Source of the DNA: Pseudomonadota bacterium
GTDB taxonomy: Bacteria; Pseudomonadota; Gammaproteobacteria; Steroidobacterales; Steroidobacteraceae
Length of the DNA stretch: 64,000 nt
Direction: 5' to 3'
NCBI GenBank assembly: GCA_963204835.1
Contig: CAUJHJ010000007.1
Coordinates: 23,762-87,761 of the forward strand
Shown here: piece by piece, positions 61,819-64,000 of the stretch
How positions within the stretch are numbered: position 1 is the stretch's first letter
Layout: each line of letters starts with the position of its first letter
Position numbers and translations under genes: made by a program
The notes under the pieces: model-generated
Seen by the model: the letters and a program-made list of their open reading frames with translations, nothing else
Told to the model about the DNA's origin: nothing
Database searches by the model: none

Positions 61819-63027
61819 TCACGCCCGCCGTCGGTCGACGATGTACGACGCGCCGATCTCCGCGACATTGCGGGTTCCCGCCTGGCGCATGTTGCCGACG
61901 AGCTCCGACTGCAGGATCTCGAGCACGCGCTCGACGCCTTCCTGCCCGAAGGACGCGAGCCCCCAGATGTAGGGCCGGCCGATGCCGACGGCAGTGGCAC
62001 CGAGTGCCAGCGCCTTGAAAATGTCGGCGCCGCGACGCACACCTCCGTCCACGAGCACGGGCATGCGACCGGCGATCGCCGGCGCGATTTCGGCGAGGCT
62101 GTCGATCGATGCGCGGCCGCTGTCCTCGGCACGCCCACCGTGGTTCGAGACGACGATGCCGTCGAGGCCGTTCTCGACCGTAATCAGCGCGTCCTCGCGC
62201 GTGACGAGCCCCTTGATGACGAGCTTGCGCGGCCAGGCGTCGCGCAGGCGCCTGATGTAGTCCCAGTTCATGCCGGGCGGTGCCAGGTCCTCGACGGCAC
62301 GCAGGTCGAGCCCGCGGAACATCGGCTTGGAGGCGATCTCGTCGGCGAGCCGCGGACTGCTCGTGTGGCACGCCGCGCACTCACGCGGATCGCGCCGCTT
62401 CGCGCGCGCGAGCGTGACGCGATTCGATCCGCCCTGGAGATCGACCGTCAACACGAGCACCGGGCAGCCGGCGGCCTCGGCACGCCGGACCAGCGCTTGC
62501 GCCAGGGGCCACTGGTCAGTCGGGTAGAGCTGGTACCAGACCGGTTCGCCGCGTGCGGCGTTGACGTCCTCGACGCCGGTGGACGACACCGTCGAGAGGA
62601 TCTGCAGGTGCTTGCGGGAACGGGCCGCCTTCGCGCTTGCCCGCTCGCCATCCGCGTGGAACGCGCGTTGGCTGCCCACCGGATCGAGAAAGACAGGCGA
62701 CGGCCAGGTCGTGCCGAAGAGACGTACCGAGGTGTCGATTCGCGAGATGTCCACCAGGCGCCGCACGCGCAGGCTGTAGTTCGCGAATCCCGATTCATTG
62801 GCGCGCAGCGTCGCGTCGCCGTCGACCCCCGTCTTGAGATAGCCCCAGTGGGCCGGCGGCAGCTTCGCGCGCGCAGCCCGCTCGAAATCGAAGACATCCA
62901 GCGCTTCGGCGGCGGATGCGATGATCGCATCGTCATCGCCGGATGCGCGGAGTGCCGGCGCGAGGCCGGCGAGTACCGGCGCGGCGAGCAGGGTCCCCAT
63001 GAAGCGCCGGCGCGTGGTGTCGTCCAT
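61819..63027 (-). CDS. FMN-dependent alpha-hydroxy-acid dehydrogenase/oxidase family protein with a twin-arginine signal
   Basis: Tat motif TRRRFMGTLLAAPVLAGLAPALRA. FMN-dehydrogenase motifs WYQLY, VSNHGGR and VLVDGGVRRGADIFKALALGA. Confidence 0.85.
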   Translation of the reverse strand: MDDTTRRRFMGTLLAAPVLAGLAPALRASGDDDAIIASAAEALDVFDFERAARAKLPPAHWGYLKTGVDGDATLRANESGFANYSLRVRRLVDISRIDTSVRLFGTTWPSPVFLDPVGSQRAFHADGERASAKAARSRKHLQILSTVSSTGVEDVNAARGEPVWYQLYPTDQWPLAQALVRRAEAAGCPVLVLTVDLQGGSNRVTLARAKRRDPRECAACHTSSPRLADEIASKPMFRGLDLRAVEDLAPPGMNWDYIRRLRDAWPRKLVIKGLVTREDALITVENGLDGIVVSNHGGRAEDSGRASIDSLAEIAPAIAGRMPVLVDGGVRRGADIFKALALGATAVGIGRPYIWGLASFGQEGVERVLEILQSELVGNMRQAGTRNVAEIGASYIVDRRRA

Positions 63028-63116
63028 GAACTCCCCCTTCGCACGGAACGCCGCAGGCTTCGGGCCTGCGGCCTGCGCCCATGATCGTCCCGGACGACGA
63101 CCGGGACAACTACCGG

Positions 63117-63566
63117 TCAGGCCGCATCCGCGCTGCCTTCCGCCAGGTGCAACAGGGGAAACGGCAACCCTTGCGAATCAGTCGGCGAGCGGCCGGCCAC
63201 CACGAAGCCATTCGACAGGTAGAACGCCACGGCTCGCGGATTCTGCTCGTTTACGTCCACCTTCAACGCACCCTTCAGGCGCCTCGCATGCTCGAGCAGG
63301 GCCCTCCCGGCGCCTTGCCGGAAACTGGACGGCGACACGAACAACGCCTCGAGCTTGTTGTCGTCGAGCCCCATGAAGCCGATGGGATCCCGCGCCTCGC
63401 CGCACAGCACCCACACTTCCAGGTGGGGAAGCGCCTGATCGCGCACGACGGGCAGCAGGGCCTGAATGTCCTGCTCAGACAGAAAGCCATGCGTGGCACG
63501 AACGGATCGCTCCCAGATGTCGAGAAGCGCCGGGTGATCTGCTGCGGCTGCCTTGCGGATGCTCAT
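63117..63566 (-). CDS. GNAT-family N-acetyltransferase
   Basis: LEALFVSPSSFRQGAGRALLEHA...NPRAVAFYLSNGF. Confidence 0.8.
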   Translation of the reverse strand: MSIRKAAAADHPALLDIWERSVRATHGFLSEQDIQALLPVVRDQALPHLEVWVLCGEARDPIGFMGLDDNKLEALFVSPSSFRQGAGRALLEHARRLKGALKVDVNEQNPRAVAFYLSNGFVVAGRSPTDSQGLPFPLLHLAEGSADAA

Positions 63567-64000
63567 GTGCGGCTGAAGACGAGGTGGGTGGCACGCGACG
63601 TTGCCACATGCTGGGTGCAGGCATAACCCAGGGCCGGAAGGTTGACGCCCTCGAAGAGGCGCTCGCCGGCGCCAAGCACGACCGGGGATATCGCGATGTG
63701 CATCTCATCGATCAGGCGACTGCGGAGATACTGCTGGATGGCATGGACGCCGCCGCCCACGCGAACATCCTTGCCCCTGGCGGCGTCGCGTGCGCGGGCG
63801 AGCGCGGCATCGGGGCCCTCCGTGACAAAGTGGAAAGTCGTGCCGCCCTCCATGACGAGGGGCGCGCGCGCATGGTGGGTCAGCACGAAGACGGGGGCGC
63901 GGTAGACGGGGTTCTCCCCCCACCAACCCCGCCAGCTCTCGTCCGGCCAGGGACCGCGCACGGGCCCGAACATGTTCCTGCCGAGGATCCATGCGCCCAC
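63563..64000 (-). CDS. RibD_C / dihydrofolate-reductase-family protein, C-terminal part (start outside the window)
   Basis: ILGRNMF...WWGENPVYRAPVFVLTH...VRVGGGVHAIQQYL..RLIDEMHIAISPVVLGAGERLF. The ORF runs off the right edge. Confidence 0.8.
   Translation of the reverse strand: MGAWILGRNMFGPVRGPWPDESWRGWWGENPVYRAPVFVLTHHARAPLVMEGGTTFHFVTEGPDAALARARDAARGKDVRVGGGVHAIQQYLRSRLIDEMHIAISPVVLGAGERLFEGVNLPALGYACTQHVATSRATHLVFSRT

Overview
This is a dense, visibly GC-rich chromosomal segment from a proteobacterium (beta/gamma-like gene content). I call about 75 protein genes. I could not recognise any rRNA, tRNA, CRISPR array, transposase, integrase or known defence gene, so it reads as core genome rather than an island.

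The backbone resembles the Pseudomonas aeruginosa PA0392-PA0417 neighbourhood, but rearranged. It contains a Pil-Chp type IV pilus chemosensory operon (pilG-pilH-pilI-pilJ-chpA-chpC) lying divergent from gshB-tonB-yqgE-ruvX-pyrB. Next comes pilT-pilU-pilU' facing yggS-proC-yggT.

Other blocks, in order:
- btuB-like receptor plus cobalamin adenosyltransferase, then ampD, rsmE, and a cytochrome P460/HxlR pair.
- A probable heat-shock operon, htpG-msrB-FKBP-amidohydrolase-hydrolase.
- An orphan ParA, ppnN, an L,D-transpeptidase and a LysM lytic transglycosylase.
- A PEP-CTERM protein.
- A Tiki/TraB-like protein, a 7TMR-DISM diguanylate cyclase and an ICMT-like methyltransferase.
- A split B12-dependent class II ribonucleotide reductase (nrdJa/nrdJb) with NrdR-box palindromes upstream.
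- hsp20 and degP, then cca, a MidA-like methyltransferase, and folM-like/folK/folB.
- The tsaD / rpsU-yqeY-dnaG-rpoD macromolecular-synthesis locus.
- A run of small accessory-type genes: three GNATs, two YciI/YCII proteins, EamA, cytochrome b561, yggU, VIT1, a beta-carbonic anhydrase, an SMR pump, a Tat-signal FMN dehydrogenase and a RibD_C/DHFR-family protein.

I found no clear-cut novel system. The best candidates for follow-up are:
- the Tiki-like/DGC/ICMT-like module next to the PEP-CTERM gene;
- the tandem pilU paralogues followed by a TonB-C-like ORF;
- a PyrK-type flavoprotein translationally coupled to pyrB;
- the multi-palindrome control region of the split nrdJ;
- several head-to-head or apparently leaderless gene starts;
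- one unlisted 59-codon membrane ORF inside the rpsU-dnaG operon.

Many long ORFs in the six-frame track are antisense or out-of-frame artefacts typical of high-GC DNA, and I rejected them. All family assignments come from motif recognition by eye. None was checked against a database.
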